Shown: one piece after another, positions 46,654-56,713 of the stretch
Numbering within the stretch: the stretch's first letter is position 1
Layout of the letters: every line of letters starts with the position of its first letter
Source: an uncultured Solirubrobacterales bacterium
Lineage (GTDB): Bacteria; Actinomycetota; Thermoleophilia; Solirubrobacterales; Solirubrobacteraceae
Reading direction: 5' to 3'
DNA: 64,000 bases
NCBI GenBank assembly: GCA_963744695.1
Contig: CAVUUT010000016.1
Span: forward strand, 22,238-86,237
Translations under genes and position numbers: made by a program
The notes under the pieces: generated by a model
The model's database searches: none
What the model saw: only the letters and a program-made list of their open reading frames with translations
Told to the model about the DNA's origin: nothing

Positions 46654-46710
46654 GTGCCTGCTCCCTGCGAGGTTCCCGCGGCGGTCGCGCTCACGCGCCC
46701 GCTCCCTGCG
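46641..46710. repeat. 29-bp imperfect direct repeat duplicating the MFS/merR junction
   Basis: CGGTCGCGCTCACG(T/C)GCC(T/C)GCTCCCTGCG at 46641-46669 and 46682-46710. Confidence 0.8.
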
Positions 46711-48199
46711 GCTCGACGGCGGTCGCCGTCCGGACCTCCTTCGGGCGCGCGGCCGAAACGACGGCGCCGACGAGCGAAACGGCGGTCAGGCACCACAGCG
46801 CGGTGTGCATGTTGGAGATGAACGGCGTCAGCTGGGCGGTAGAGATGTGGTGGGCAAGGCCCGAGAAGACCAAAAACAGGACGTGCGTTGGGACGGCGGA
46901 GGTGATGATCGCGAGGACGAACGCGATCGAGATCACGGCGCCGGTGTTCTGCACCAGAACCCGCGCGCCAGCGGCGATCCCGCGCCGGTGCGGCGCGACC
47001 GTGCCCATCATCGCGGCGGTGTTGGGCGAGTTGAACATGCCCGAGCCGATCCCGACGATGAACATGTAGGCGCACGGCCAGATGTAGCTCGTGTCGCGCT
47101 CCAGCGTCGTCATCAGCGCCAGCCCGAGGGCGGTCACCAGCATCCCCAGCACGGCCAGCGTCCGCGATCCGCGACGGTCGGCCCAGATCCCGGCCAGCGG
47201 CGAGGAGATCAGCATCCCGACCGCGAGCGGCGCAAGCTTGACGCCCGCCAGGAGCGGCGAATCGCCCTGGACGCCCTGGAAGTAGAAGACGAACACGAAC
47301 AACAGCGCGAAGCGCGCCAGACCGTTGCAGAACGCGGCCCCGGCGGCGGTCGAGAAGAGCCGATTGCGGAAGATCGAGAGGTCGAGCATCGGCGCCTTCA
47401 CGTGGCGCTCGACCAGGACGAAGACCGGGAGGAAGATCGCCGACAGGGCGAGGCTGCCGATCACCAGCGGTGAGTCCCAGCCCGAGATCCCGCCTCGCGA
47501 GATCCCGTACACCAGCCCGGTCAGGCCGATCAGGAAGGTGATCGTCCCGAGCGCGTCAAACGAGCGGTCCTCGGAGCGCCCAGTGACCTCGTGCAGGACC
47601 AGCCACGCCCACAGCGAGCCCGCGAGACCGAACGGGACGTTGAACCAGAACACCCAGTGCCAGCTGAGCAGGACCAGCGCGCCGCCCAGCACCGGGCCGA
47701 TCACGAGGCCGACGGCGGCGACCATCGTATTGGTGCCCATCGCCAGGCCGAGCTGCTCGCGCGGAAATGCGTCGGTGACGATCGCGGCCGAGTTGGCGAA
47801 CAGGAACGCCCCGCCGATGCCCTGGACGATCCGCCACAGGATCAGCTCGGTGCCGCTCGACGCGAACCCAGCCCCGAGCGAAGCGGCCGCGAACACGAGA
47901 AAGCCGGCAACGTAGGCCTTCTTGCGCCCGAACTGGTCCGACAGCCGCCCCGCGCTCAGTACCAGCACGGTCGACGCGATCATGTAGACCAGGATCACCC
48001 AGACGAGCTCGAGCAGGCTCGTGTGAAGGCTGCGCTCGAGGTCGGGCAGGGCGATGATCAGCGTGCCCGAGTTGATCGTGGCGAGCAGCATGCCCAGAGA
48101 AGTGCACGACAGAGCCCACCACTTGTAGGAGTCGTGCTCGGCGTGAACGCCGATGCGACGCTTTGCGGGACCGGCTTGGAGGACCGACGTAACTACCAC
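46691..48199 (-). CDS. DHA2 (EmrB/QacA) MFS efflux transporter
   Basis: IALPDL, GRLSDQFGRKK, RIVQGIGGA, WHWVFWFNVPFG; 14 TM. Confidence 0.92.
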   Translation of the reverse strand: MVVTSVLQAGPAKRRIGVHAEHDSYKWWALSCTSLGMLLATINSGTLIIALPDLERSLHTSLLELVWVILVYMIASTVLVLSAGRLSDQFGRKKAYVAGFLVFAAASLGAGFASSGTELILWRIVQGIGGAFLFANSAAIVTDAFPREQLGLAMGTNTMVAAVGLVIGPVLGGALVLLSWHWVFWFNVPFGLAGSLWAWLVLHEVTGRSEDRSFDALGTITFLIGLTGLVYGISRGGISGWDSPLVIGSLALSAIFLPVFVLVERHVKAPMLDLSIFRNRLFSTAAGAAFCNGLARFALLFVFVFYFQGVQGDSPLLAGVKLAPLAVGMLISSPLAGIWADRRGSRTLAVLGMLVTALGLALMTTLERDTSYIWPCAYMFIVGIGSGMFNSPNTAAMMGTVAPHRRGIAAGARVLVQNTGAVISIAFVLAIITSAVPTHVLFLVFSGLAHHISTAQLTPFISNMHTALWCLTAVSLVGAVVSAARPKEVRTATAVEPQGAGA

Positions 48200-48213
48200 C
48201 TCTTCGAAATCTG

Positions 48214-48235
48214 ATTCTTACGTAAACGTCAGAAT
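48214..48235. promoter_or_regulatory. Palindromic operator upstream of MFS-merR-MFS
   Basis: ATTCTTACGT-AA-ACGTCAGAAT, a dyad with one mismatched pair. Confidence 0.7.
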
Positions 48236-48331
48236 AGCAGGTCCTCGCGCGAGGTCTCGGGTGGCGCCTCGCCGACACTGGCACCCTTGGAACGCTTTCG
48301 GTCTACATGGCAGCAACGGTTCCGAGACTCG

Positions 48332-49393
48332 CTATTCGAACGCCGCGACCGTCGCCAGGATCACGAACGCCGCGATCAGCGCCGATCCCTCGAACGGCGT
48401 CGCCTCCCCGTCGCCGGTGATCTGCCAGACGATCACCGCCGTCCCGAGGAGCGCCCCGACGTAGATCGGCGCGAACGCGAACGTCAGCGTCGTACTCGTC
48501 AGCAGCGACGCGAGCACGAGCACCGGCAGCAGGAACGCCGCGACCTGGCCGATCGAGTTCTTGACGACCGAGATCGCGAGCTCGGCCTGGCCGCGCGCGG
48601 CGAGCACGACACCGACCGCGTGCTCGACGGCGTTGCCCGCGGTCGCGACGATCACCAGGCCGGCGAACGCCTGCGAGATGCCGAGCGTGTGAATCGACGG
48701 CTCGAGCGAGTGGACGAACCAATCCGATACGAACGCCGAGCCGACCCCGGCGGCGATCAGCAGCGTCAGGGCGACGGGCAGCGGCATTCGCGCGCTCCCG
48801 CCTCCTTCGCCTCGTGCCCTGCCGCTCTTGAGGAACTGGCGGACCCAGAAGCAGTACACGGCCAGGATCGCGACCGCGCTGACGATCGAGATCGTCTTGA
48901 TGTGGTGGCTTGCAGAGTCGTGCGCGGAGTCGGCCAATCCCACCAGCAGCACGATGAAGCTCGTGATCATCAACAGCGTCGCGGTGTCGTTCGGCAGCCG
49001 CGGCGCGAAGCGCATCACGTGGTCGGGCGCCCGCCAGGCGCCCGCGACGAGCACCAATCCGAGCACCAGCAGCGCGTTGACGAGGATCGAGCCGAGGATC
49101 GCGGTCTGCGCGACGACGAGCTGGCCTGCGTTCAGCGCGAAGATGACGACGAAGAACTCGGGCAGGTTGCCGAGCGTCGCCTGCAACAGCCCGGTCGCCG
49201 ACGGCCCGAAGCGGTGGCCGACCTGCTCGGTCGCGACCGACACGATCCACGCCGCGCCCGCGAGCGCGACGCCCGCGATGATGAACGCGGCCACGTGCCC
49301 GAAGCCGCTCGTGTAGCGCGCTATAGCGGCCAGGACGATCAGCGCCGCGACGACGACGAGCCCGATCCACTCGAAACGCGAGAGCCCGAGCAG
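48332..49393 (-). CDS. CaCA family Ca2+/H+ antiporter
   Basis: Alpha repeats ATLGNLPE, GSILVN and GNAVEH. A first TM helix is encoded in-frame upstream of GTG 49294, implying a CTG start at 49393. Confidence 0.88.
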   Translation of the reverse strand: MLGLSRFEWIGLVVVAALIVLAAIARYTSGFGHVAAFIIAGVALAGAAWIVSVATEQVGHRFGPSATGLLQATLGNLPEFFVVIFALNAGQLVVAQTAILGSILVNALLVLGLVLVAGAWRAPDHVMRFAPRLPNDTATLLMITSFIVLLVGLADSAHDSASHHIKTISIVSAVAILAVYCFWVRQFLKSGRARGEGGGSARMPLPVALTLLIAAGVGSAFVSDWFVHSLEPSIHTLGISQAFAGLVIVATAGNAVEHAVGVVLAARGQAELAISVVKNSIGQVAAFLLPVLVLASLLTSTTLTFAFAPIYVGALLGTAVIVWQITGDGEATPFEGSALIAAFVILATVAAFE

Positions 49394-49400
49394 CGGTCTG

Positions 49401-49766
49401 TTACCCGCCCGTCATAACGGTGTCGTCGTCCGAGTAGGCCGGCGCGCAACAGCACAGCAGCACCAGCTTCTCGGCCCCGGTGTTGAACAGCTTGTGCTTG
49501 GTCCCGGGTGCGATCACGACGCAATCGCCGGTGCGGACCGGCGCCTCCTCGTCCCCGAGGCGCATCGTGCCCTCGCCCGAGACGAAGTAGTAGAGCTCCT
49601 CGGTGCGCGGGTGATAGTGCTCGGCGGTCTCGCCGCCCGGCTCGACGGTCGCCTCGGCCAGGCTCTGGTTGCGGGCCGCCGTCCAGGATGGCCCGGCGAG
49701 CTCGCGGATCGAGCTGCCGTCAGCAGTGATGAACGACTCGAGCTGATCGAGATTGGCTTTCTCCAT
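49401..49766 (-). CDS. Cupin domain protein
   Basis: EHYHPRTEELYYFVSGEG...IAPGTKHKLFN cupin motifs. Confidence 0.9.
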   Translation of the reverse strand: MEKANLDQLESFITADGSSIRELAGPSWTAARNQSLAEATVEPGGETAEHYHPRTEELYYFVSGEGTMRLGDEEAPVRTGDCVVIAPGTKHKLFNTGAEKLVLLCCCAPAYSDDDTVMTGG

Positions 49767-49773
49767 CGATTGA

Positions 49774-50970
49774 CTATTTCACGCTTTCGAACTCGCCGGT
49801 CTCGATGTCGCGCTCGACCGCGGCCTCGATCTCGTGCTCGCTCGTGTCGGGGTCGGCGCGCCGCAGCTCCTCCGTCCGCACCCCCTTGAACTTGAGGATC
49901 TCGAGCACGTACACGAGGTACACGCTCGCCGCCAGGCAGACGATCGCGTAGATCACGAGGAACGCGATCCAGACCGGCTTGTTGCGCTCGTGATGGGAGA
50001 TCAGCCGCAGTGCGACCGCGAGCCCGGCCATCAACGCGGTCCATACGTACAGGTAGGCGACGGTCTTACGCTGCGAGAACCCGATCCGCGCCATCCGGTG
50101 GTGGAAATGGTTGGTGTCGGCCGACCACGGGGCCTGCCGGTACTTGAGTCGCTTGGCGATCACGAACCCGGTGTCGAGGAACGGGATCGCGAGGATCGCC
50201 AGCGGCACGACCAATGCGACCACCGAGGTGGTCTTCAGCGACCCGACGACCGCGGTGACGCCGAGCAGGTAGCCGAGCAGGTTGGCGCCCGCGTCACCCA
50301 TGAACACCGACGCGGGGTGGTAGTTGTGAAACAGGAATCCGAGTGCGGCGCCCGCCGTCAGCGCGGCGAGGATCGCCGCCCCGTCGACCCCGAGGTCAAA
50401 CGCGATGATCGCGAACGCGATGCCGTCGATCGTGCAGACGCCGGCCGCGAGCCCGTCGACGCCGTCGGAGAAGTTGACCACGTTCATCAGCCCGACCAGC
50501 CAGACGACGGTCAGAAAGCCGCCCTCATTCGGAAACTGAAGCGCGCCGACGAACGGGATCGTCACGTCGGTCACGACGGCGCCGGCCTCGACCGCGATCA
50601 ACGCGGCGAGAATCTGGCCGGCGAGTTTGACCGCCGGGCGCAGCGGCCGGATGTCGTCGATCGCGCCGACGAGCGTAATCAGGCAGGCTCCGGCGATCAC
50701 GCCCCACATCTCGACGGTGCCGCCAGACCCGGCTTTGCCGTGCGCGATGTGAGCCAGGTTGACCTGGGTTGGCATCCAGATCGCCGCCGCCACGAGCACG
50801 CCCGCGAGGATCGCCAGGCCGCCGAGCAGCGGCGTCTCGCGCAGTGCCAGCCCGCGCTCACGCGGCACGTCGACTGCGCCGAGCCGGCGCGCGAGCCGCG
50901 CCGCCAGCGGGGTCAACGCCGCCGCGATCGCCAGCGCGACGACAAACGAGAGGACGGCGTCCAGCTTCAT
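49774..50970 (-). CDS. MraY/WecA/TagO family polyprenyl-phosphate GlcNAc-1-phosphate transferase
   Basis: TPLLGGLA, GAIDD, NFSDGVDGLA, FMGDAG, HFHHR. Confidence 0.92.
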   Translation of the reverse strand: MKLDAVLSFVVALAIAAALTPLAARLARRLGAVDVPRERGLALRETPLLGGLAILAGVLVAAAIWMPTQVNLAHIAHGKAGSGGTVEMWGVIAGACLITLVGAIDDIRPLRPAVKLAGQILAALIAVEAGAVVTDVTIPFVGALQFPNEGGFLTVVWLVGLMNVVNFSDGVDGLAAGVCTIDGIAFAIIAFDLGVDGAAILAALTAGAALGFLFHNYHPASVFMGDAGANLLGYLLGVTAVVGSLKTTSVVALVVPLAILAIPFLDTGFVIAKRLKYRQAPWSADTNHFHHRMARIGFSQRKTVAYLYVWTALMAGLAVALRLISHHERNKPVWIAFLVIYAIVCLAASVYLVYVLEILKFKGVRTEELRRADPDTSEHEIEAAVERDIETGEFESVK

Positions 50971-51005
50971 GCCTGCGAAGCATGCCAGCCGTGCCCGATT
51001 GCAGG

Positions 51006-51914
51006 TTAAGGGACCGGTTCCCGGGGGCTCAGGGCCTGGGCAAGCGTGGCCAGGACAACCAGCGGCTCGCGCTCGAGCTGGCGCCACGTGACCCGGATCA
51101 CCCTGTAGCCGGCCGCCACCAGAACCTGGCCCTTCGCCCGGTCGCGCTCGAACGCCGCGCGGTGGCCGTGAAAGGCATATCCGTCGACCTCGACCACGAG
51201 CTTTTGCGCCCGCCAGACGAAGTCAACCTCGTAGCCGAGCACGCGAGCGTTGGTCTCGGGCCGGGGCAGCCCGCCTTGCCCGATCAGTCCGAACAGCAGC
51301 CGCTCGGCCTCCGAGCGCGTGGCCGCGGCCGCGTAGTCGTCGCCGATCGCGGCGCGAACGCAAGCGCTCCCGGACCTGGTGGGCGCACGGCCCAAGGCGT
51401 GCTCGAGCTCACGCTCACTGACCAGCCGCAGCACATGCGCTTCGGCGATCGCACGATCGAGGCGGCCGCCGGTGCACCGGGACGCGAAGTCGATCACGGT
51501 CCGCGCGGGCGCGGTCACCGGCAACCCGTCACGGATGCGGACGTCGCGGCCGTCGATCTCGTCGACGCGGCATGTCGAGATGCCCTCGTGCCGGCGGGCG
51601 TCGCGCCCGACGATCGTGACGTCGACGACTGCGGACGGTTTCGGCGCAAACCCCCAGATCCACGCCGCCGACCTGTGACTGAGGACGGCGTCGTGGCCGA
51701 GCCACAGCACGACGGCGAGCTCGAGCGCGAGCGGCGCGAGCGTGGGCTGGCCCACGCTGTACACGCGCGGCAGGACGTAGTAGAGCGATCCACGCTTGAC
51801 CAGGCGCGTCACGACGCTGCGGCTGAATTCGGCCGCGCGCAGCTGGTGGGCGTGGACGAGGGCTCGCTGCTGCCCGGCGGCGGTCCCGATCGCCCTCTCC
51901 CCCGTCCCGTCCAC
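51006..51914 (-). CDS. AbiEi-like N-terminal domain plus DUF559 (Vsr-like PD-(D/E)xK nuclease) protein
   Basis: LSHRSAAWIWG, VTAPARTVID, TRSEAE, EVDFVW, VEVDGYAFH, FERDR, RVTW. Confidence 0.85.
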   Translation of the reverse strand: MDGTGERAIGTAAGQQRALVHAHQLRAAEFSRSVVTRLVKRGSLYYVLPRVYSVGQPTLAPLALELAVVLWLGHDAVLSHRSAAWIWGFAPKPSAVVDVTIVGRDARRHEGISTCRVDEIDGRDVRIRDGLPVTAPARTVIDFASRCTGGRLDRAIAEAHVLRLVSERELEHALGRAPTRSGSACVRAAIGDDYAAAATRSEAERLLFGLIGQGGLPRPETNARVLGYEVDFVWRAQKLVVEVDGYAFHGHRAAFERDRAKGQVLVAAGYRVIRVTWRQLEREPLVVLATLAQALSPREPVP

Positions 51915-51915
51915 G

Positions 51916-52026
51916 TGCAATTCGTGGAAAATCCGGACGGGCCGGCTGGCTTTTCCACGTTTTGCCGCGCTGGCGGGACGAACGTGGAAAATCTGATTTG
52001 CGGCGACGGATTTTCCACGGAATGCA
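51916..52026. repeat. Nested palindrome array with four CGTGGAAAA/TTTTCCACG arms
   Basis: Two 37-bp hairpin units at 51923-51959 and 51983-52019, exactly 60 bp apart. Confidence 0.8.
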
Positions 52027-52239
52027 GGGTGGGGCGCGGCGGGCACACCGTGATCATGGGGCGGGCGCGCGGCGCGGCCTGGCCGAGGCGCCCGATTGTG
52101 ACGGGCACGTCACGCAATCGGCACGGGGCGTGACAAACGCCCGTGCGGCGAGACACAGGGAGCTCCAGCCGCGACGGCCAAAGCCGTCAGACGGCGACGG
52201 CGAAACCGTCAGCGGCGTCAGACCGCGGCGGCCACGCCT

Positions 52240-53538
52240 TCAGACGGCGGCCGTAACCCCGAGCCCCGCGTACAGCGGGTAGCGATCGGCGATCGCGGCC
52301 GCCCGCTCGCTGAGCTCGCCCTGGCGCTGCTCAAACGGCGCGCCGGGGTTCAGGGCGGCCGCGATGATCTGGCCGACCTCGACGAAGTCTTCGACCTGGA
52401 GGCCGCGCGTGGCGAGCGCCGGTGACCCGATCCGCAGCCCCGACGAGACCGCCGGCGGCCGCGGGTCAAACGGGACCGCGTTGCGGTTGACGGTGATCCC
52501 GATCGAGTCCAGCCGGTCCTCGGCCTGCTTGCCGTCGAGCTCTGACTCGCGCAGGTCGCACAGCACGAGGTGCACGTCGGTGCCGCCGGTCAGCACCGAC
52601 ACGCCGCCGCCCGCGCCGAGCAGCTGCTCGCCGACCGCCCGCGCGCCGGCCAGGGTCCGCTCCTGACGCTCGCGGAACGCGTCGGACGCCGCGATCCGCA
52701 ACGCCACCGCCTTGCCGGCGATGATGTGCTCGAGCGGGCCGCCCTGCTGGCCGGGGAAGACGGCCGAGTCGATCTTCTTCGCGAATTCCTCCTTGCAGAG
52801 GATCATCCCGCCGCGGCCGCCGCCGATCGTCTTGTGGATCGTGGTCGTGACCACGTCGGCGATCGGCACCGGCTTGGGGTGCAGCCCGGTCGCGACGAGC
52901 CCGGCGAAGTGGGCCATGTCGACCACCAGGTAGGCGCCGACCGAGTCGGCGATCTCGCGAAAGCGCGCGAAGTCCAGCTGGCGCGGGTAGGCCGACCAGC
53001 CGGCCATGATCATCCTCGGCCGGTGCTGCTCGGCGAGCCGCTGCACCTCGTCCATGTCAATCAGGCTCGTCTCGCGATCGACGTGGTAGGCGACGATCTC
53101 GTACAGGCGGCCCGAGACGTTGATCTTCATCCCGTGGGTCAGGTGGCCGCCGTGCGCGAGCTCGAGGCCCATCAGCGTGTCACCGGGCGTCATCAGCGCG
53201 TGGTAGACGGCGGCGTTGGCCTGTGCCCCCGCGTGCGGCTGGACGTTCGCGTGCTCGGCGCCGAACAGCTCCTTGGCGCGGTCGATCGCGAGCTGCTCGC
53301 CGATGTCGACGTACTCGCAACCGCCGTAGTAGCGCCGGCCCGGATAGCCCTCGGCGTACTTGTTGGTCAGCACCGAGCCCTGGCACTCGAGCACGGCGAT
53401 CGGGACGAAGTTCTCCGACGCGATCATCTCGAGCGTCCGCTGCTGGCGCTCGAGCTCGAGCGCCAACACCTCGGCGATCTCGGGATCGACTTCGGCGAGC
53501 GGGCGGTTGAAGAAATCCGGCGGCAGCGTGGCGCTCAC
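52240..53538 (-). CDS. glyA: Serine hydroxymethyltransferase
   Basis: [43 protein letters not shown]. Confidence 0.97.
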   Translation of the reverse strand: MSATLPPDFFNRPLAEVDPEIAEVLALELERQQRTLEMIASENFVPIAVLECQGSVLTNKYAEGYPGRRYYGGCEYVDIGEQLAIDRAKELFGAEHANVQPHAGAQANAAVYHALMTPGDTLMGLELAHGGHLTHGMKINVSGRLYEIVAYHVDRETSLIDMDEVQRLAEQHRPRMIMAGWSAYPRQLDFARFREIADSVGAYLVVDMAHFAGLVATGLHPKPVPIADVVTTTIHKTIGGGRGGMILCKEEFAKKIDSAVFPGQQGGPLEHIIAGKAVALRIAASDAFRERQERTLAGARAVGEQLLGAGGGVSVLTGGTDVHLVLCDLRESELDGKQAEDRLDSIGITVNRNAVPFDPRPPAVSSGLRIGSPALATRGLQVEDFVEVGQIIAAALNPGAPFEQRQGELSERAAAIADRYPLYAGLGVTAAV

Positions 53539-53546
53539 GTGGCCGC

Positions 53547-54749
53547 CTATGGTAGCGGCGGCCTCGGCGCGGGCCGCTGCGCGAGGATCACCGCGAGGTC
53601 GTGGTCGACCCACGTCGCGCGCGCGTCAAAGCCGGCCTCGCCCAACCATTGAAGCTGCTCGGCGAGCGTGCTCGGTTTGTCGTAACCCGGGGTCAGCGTG
53701 AGCGTCGCATGGCCCGGATTGTCGGCGATCACGACGTCGGCGAGCACGAACCGGCCGCCGGGCTCGAGCACCGTGTGGATCCGCTCGAACAGGTCGCGCT
53801 TTTCGTCGGCGAGCAGGTGGTGGACGGCCAGCGCGCTCGCGACGAGGTCGAACGGCCCATCCGGGAGCCGATCCTGGAGCCGCGCGACGTGGAGCGAGAC
53901 CTGACCCGACGGCAGCCTCGATCGCGCCGCCTCGAGCATCCCCGTGCTCTCGTCGATCCCCACCAGTTCGGCGCCGGGATGTCGACGCAGCAGCCGGCCG
54001 GCGGTCTCCCCGGTCCCGGTGCCGAGCTCGAGCACGCGGCGGGCGCCGCTGCCCGATGCCCCCACGAGCTCCTCCTGGAGCTGGTCATAGACCGGAATGT
54101 CCTCGCGGATCATCTCCTCGTAGCCGGCCGGGTCGAAGTGGAACTGACCGGCGAGCGCCGCCTCGACGACCGACTCGCTGACGGCTCCCTGCCTGACGAT
54201 CGTCCAATCGTGCTCGCGCTCGTAGGCGCGCAGATCGATCACCGTCGACGCCGTCCCTGCAAGCTCGCCGCCGTCGATCACCATGTCCGCGGCGCGTCTG
54301 ATCGAGTCCGGCACCTGCTCGAGCCGCCGCGCCTCGGGGCCGTCGGCGACGTTTGCGCTCGACTGCAGCACCGGCCAGCGGACGCCGCGAAGTCCGTCGA
54401 GCACCGGGACCCGGAGCCCGAGCGTCGATGGGTCGTCACCGCACGCGAGCGGATAGCGGGCCGCCGGGTTGGCCAGCAACACGCTCACCGCGCCGGGCAG
54501 CAGCCGCGCCAGCGCGACGCGGGTGTCGGGCCCCAGCTCGGGCAGCGCGGCGAGCGCCAGGTCGAGCTCGAAGAACATCACGGCCGAGGGCTTGTCGCGG
54601 CGCCGGCGCTTGAGCGCGTAGAGCCGATCGACCGCGATCGGATTGGCGGGGTCACACGCGAGCCCGTAGACGGTATCGGCGGGGAACACGGCGACGCCGC
54701 CGACCGACATGCAGCGCTCGAACGCCGCCGGGTCGGGCGCGCTCACCAC
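53547..54749 (-). CDS. tsaC: TsaC/Sua5 threonylcarbamoyl-AMP synthase fused to a class I SAM-dependent methyltransferase
   Basis: N-half: [29 protein letters not shown]-half: [38 protein letters not shown]. One uninterrupted frame. Confidence 0.85.
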   Translation of the reverse strand: MVSAPDPAAFERCMSVGGVAVFPADTVYGLACDPANPIAVDRLYALKRRRRDKPSAVMFFELDLALAALPELGPDTRVALARLLPGAVSVLLANPAARYPLACGDDPSTLGLRVPVLDGLRGVRWPVLQSSANVADGPEARRLEQVPDSIRRAADMVIDGGELAGTASTVIDLRAYEREHDWTIVRQGAVSESVVEAALAGQFHFDPAGYEEMIREDIPVYDQLQEELVGASGSGARRVLELGTGTGETAGRLLRRHPGAELVGIDESTGMLEAARSRLPSGQVSLHVARLQDRLPDGPFDLVASALAVHHLLADEKRDLFERIHTVLEPGGRFVLADVVIADNPGHATLTLTPGYDKPSTLAEQLQWLGEAGFDARATWVDHDLAVILAQRPAPRPPLP

Positions 54750-55579
54750 GTGCCGACGACGACCCGATCGCGGCCGGCGAGGTCACGCCGCAGATCCACT
54801 GACCCAAAGCCGGCATCCCGGACGAGCTCCGAGACCTCGGCGGCCTGCTCAGGCCCGATTTCGAGCGCGATCAGCTCCGGGGTCGGGGCCAGCGACGCAA
54901 TCGCCGTGACCAGGCGCCGCACGACGTCGAGCCCGTCGGCGCCCGCGAACAGCGCCCCCGACGGCTCATAGCGAGTGATCTCCGGAGCGAGCGAGACGCC
55001 CCCGGCGACGTAGGGCAGATTGGCCAGCACGGCGTCGTAACGCGCGCCGTCCAGGAGGTCCGCATGCGCGAACTCGACCTCGAGCGAGAGCCGCGCGGCA
55101 TTCGCGCGTGCGACGTCGAGAGCGTCCCGATCAACGTCGAGGCCCCGCACCAGCAGGTCCGGGCGCTCGTCCTTGAGCGCGAGCGCAATCGCGCCGCTGC
55201 CGGTCCCGACGTCGGCGACGCGCGCGCCCGACGAAAGCTCGATCCCGATCTCGACCAGGAGCTCGCTCTCGGGCCGCGGGATCAGCACCCGCCGATCGAT
55301 TTCCAAGCTGATCCGGCGAAACTCCTTACGGCCGAGGATGTAGGCGACCGGCTCGCGGGCGACCCGCCGCGCGAGCGACGCCTCGTAGCGCGTGCCGACA
55401 TCGCCGTCCAGCAACTCGTCGTGGTCGAGCACGAGCCGCTCGCGTCCGACTCCCAACGCGTCGGCCAGCAGCAGCTCGGCGTCGAGGCGCGGCGTGTCGC
55501 ACCCCGCCGCGCCGAGCAGGTCTCGCCCGTGCGCCACCGCCGCCGCGACCGAGGTCTGCGCCGGCGAGCAGCGCCTCAT
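54743..55579 (-). CDS. prmC: Release factor glutamine methyltransferase
   Basis: [30 protein letters not shown]. Confidence 0.95.
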   Translation of the reverse strand: MRRCSPAQTSVAAAVAHGRDLLGAAGCDTPRLDAELLLADALGVGRERLVLDHDELLDGDVGTRYEASLARRVAREPVAYILGRKEFRRISLEIDRRVLIPRPESELLVEIGIELSSGARVADVGTGSGAIALALKDERPDLLVRGLDVDRDALDVARANAARLSLEVEFAHADLLDGARYDAVLANLPYVAGGVSLAPEITRYEPSGALFAGADGLDVVRRLVTAIASLAPTPELIALEIGPEQAAEVSELVRDAGFGSVDLRRDLAGRDRVVVGTW

Positions 55580-56634
55580 TCACTCCCCTGCTCCTCCAGT
55601 CGCCGGCGCTTCTCGTCGTCCTGGAGCGCGTCGGTCAGCTCGTCGAGCTCTCCCATCAGGATCGCGTCGAGGTTGTGGACGAGCAGGTTGATCCGGTGGT
55701 CCTTGACGCGCCGCTCGCCGTAGTTGTAGGTCCTGATCTTCTCGGCGCGGTCGCCGGTCCCGACCTGGGCTGCCCGGCTCGCATCGATCGACGCCCGCTG
55801 CTCGCCGAGCGCCCGCTCGTACAGCCGCGCGCGCAGGACCCGCATCGCGCGCTCGCGGTTCTGGAGCTGGGACTTCTCGTCCTGCATCGAGACGACGATC
55901 CCGCTCGGCTTGTGCGTGATCCGGACCGCCGAGTCGGTCGTGTTGACCGACTGGCCGCCGGGGCCGGAGCTGCGATAGACGTCGATTTGCAGGTCGTTGG
56001 GATCGATCTCGACCTCGACCTCGTCGGCCTCGGGCAGCACCGCGACGGTCGCCGTCGACGTGTGGGTCCGCCCCTGGGACTCGGTCTGCGGGACGCGCTG
56101 GACCCGGTGCGTGCCGCCCTCGAACTTGAACACCGAGTAGGCGCCGTCGGGCGGGCGGGCCTTAATCGAGAAGGTGTAGTCGCCGTCACCGATCGACAGC
56201 GGCTCGACCTTGAAGCCGCGGCGCTCGGCGTAGCGCGTCTCCATCCGGTACAGGTCCCCGGCCCACAGCCCCGCCTCGTCGCCCCCCGTACCCGGGCGGA
56301 TCTCGACGATCACGTTCTTGTCGTCGTTGGGATCGCGCTCGACCATCGCGAGGCGGATCTCCTCCTCGATCTCCTCCATCCGCTTCGAGGACGAGTCCAC
56401 CAGCGCGCGCAGCTCCGGATCGTCACCGTCCTCGGACAGCAGCTCGCGCGCGCCCTCGAGGTCGTCCGCGGCACGGTGGTACTCGGCCGCCAGACGAGCC
56501 GCGGGTTGGAGCTCGCGGTAGGCGCGGCTCGCCGCCGCGAACCGTTCGCGGTCAGTGATCACGGCAGGGTCCGAGAGCTCGGCCTCGAGCTCGCCGAAGC
56601 GGGTCTGAATCTGGGCGACGAGGTCGTCGATCAT
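55576..56634 (-). CDS. prfA: Peptide chain release factor 1
   Basis: PQT (PxT) recognition motif, [11 protein letters not shown]. Confidence 0.97.
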   Translation of the reverse strand: MIDDLVAQIQTRFGELEAELSDPAVITDRERFAAASRAYRELQPAARLAAEYHRAADDLEGARELLSEDGDDPELRALVDSSSKRMEEIEEEIRLAMVERDPNDDKNVIVEIRPGTGGDEAGLWAGDLYRMETRYAERRGFKVEPLSIGDGDYTFSIKARPPDGAYSVFKFEGGTHRVQRVPQTESQGRTHTSTATVAVLPEADEVEVEIDPNDLQIDVYRSSGPGGQSVNTTDSAVRITHKPSGIVVSMQDEKSQLQNRERAMRVLRARLYERALGEQRASIDASRAAQVGTGDRAEKIRTYNYGERRVKDHRINLLVHNLDAILMGELDELTDALQDDEKRRRLEEQGSE

Positions 56635-56713
56635 GCACGCGAGTGTAGGAGCCCACCCGCGACGCATACTCTCCGCGGCGAGGGCGTGCGACTCGTCAGC
56701 GCAAACGACGGGG

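Noticed and set aside
51916-52026. Mini CRISPR array
   Set aside because: Only two units, with variable interiors and conserved inverted ends, and no cas genes.
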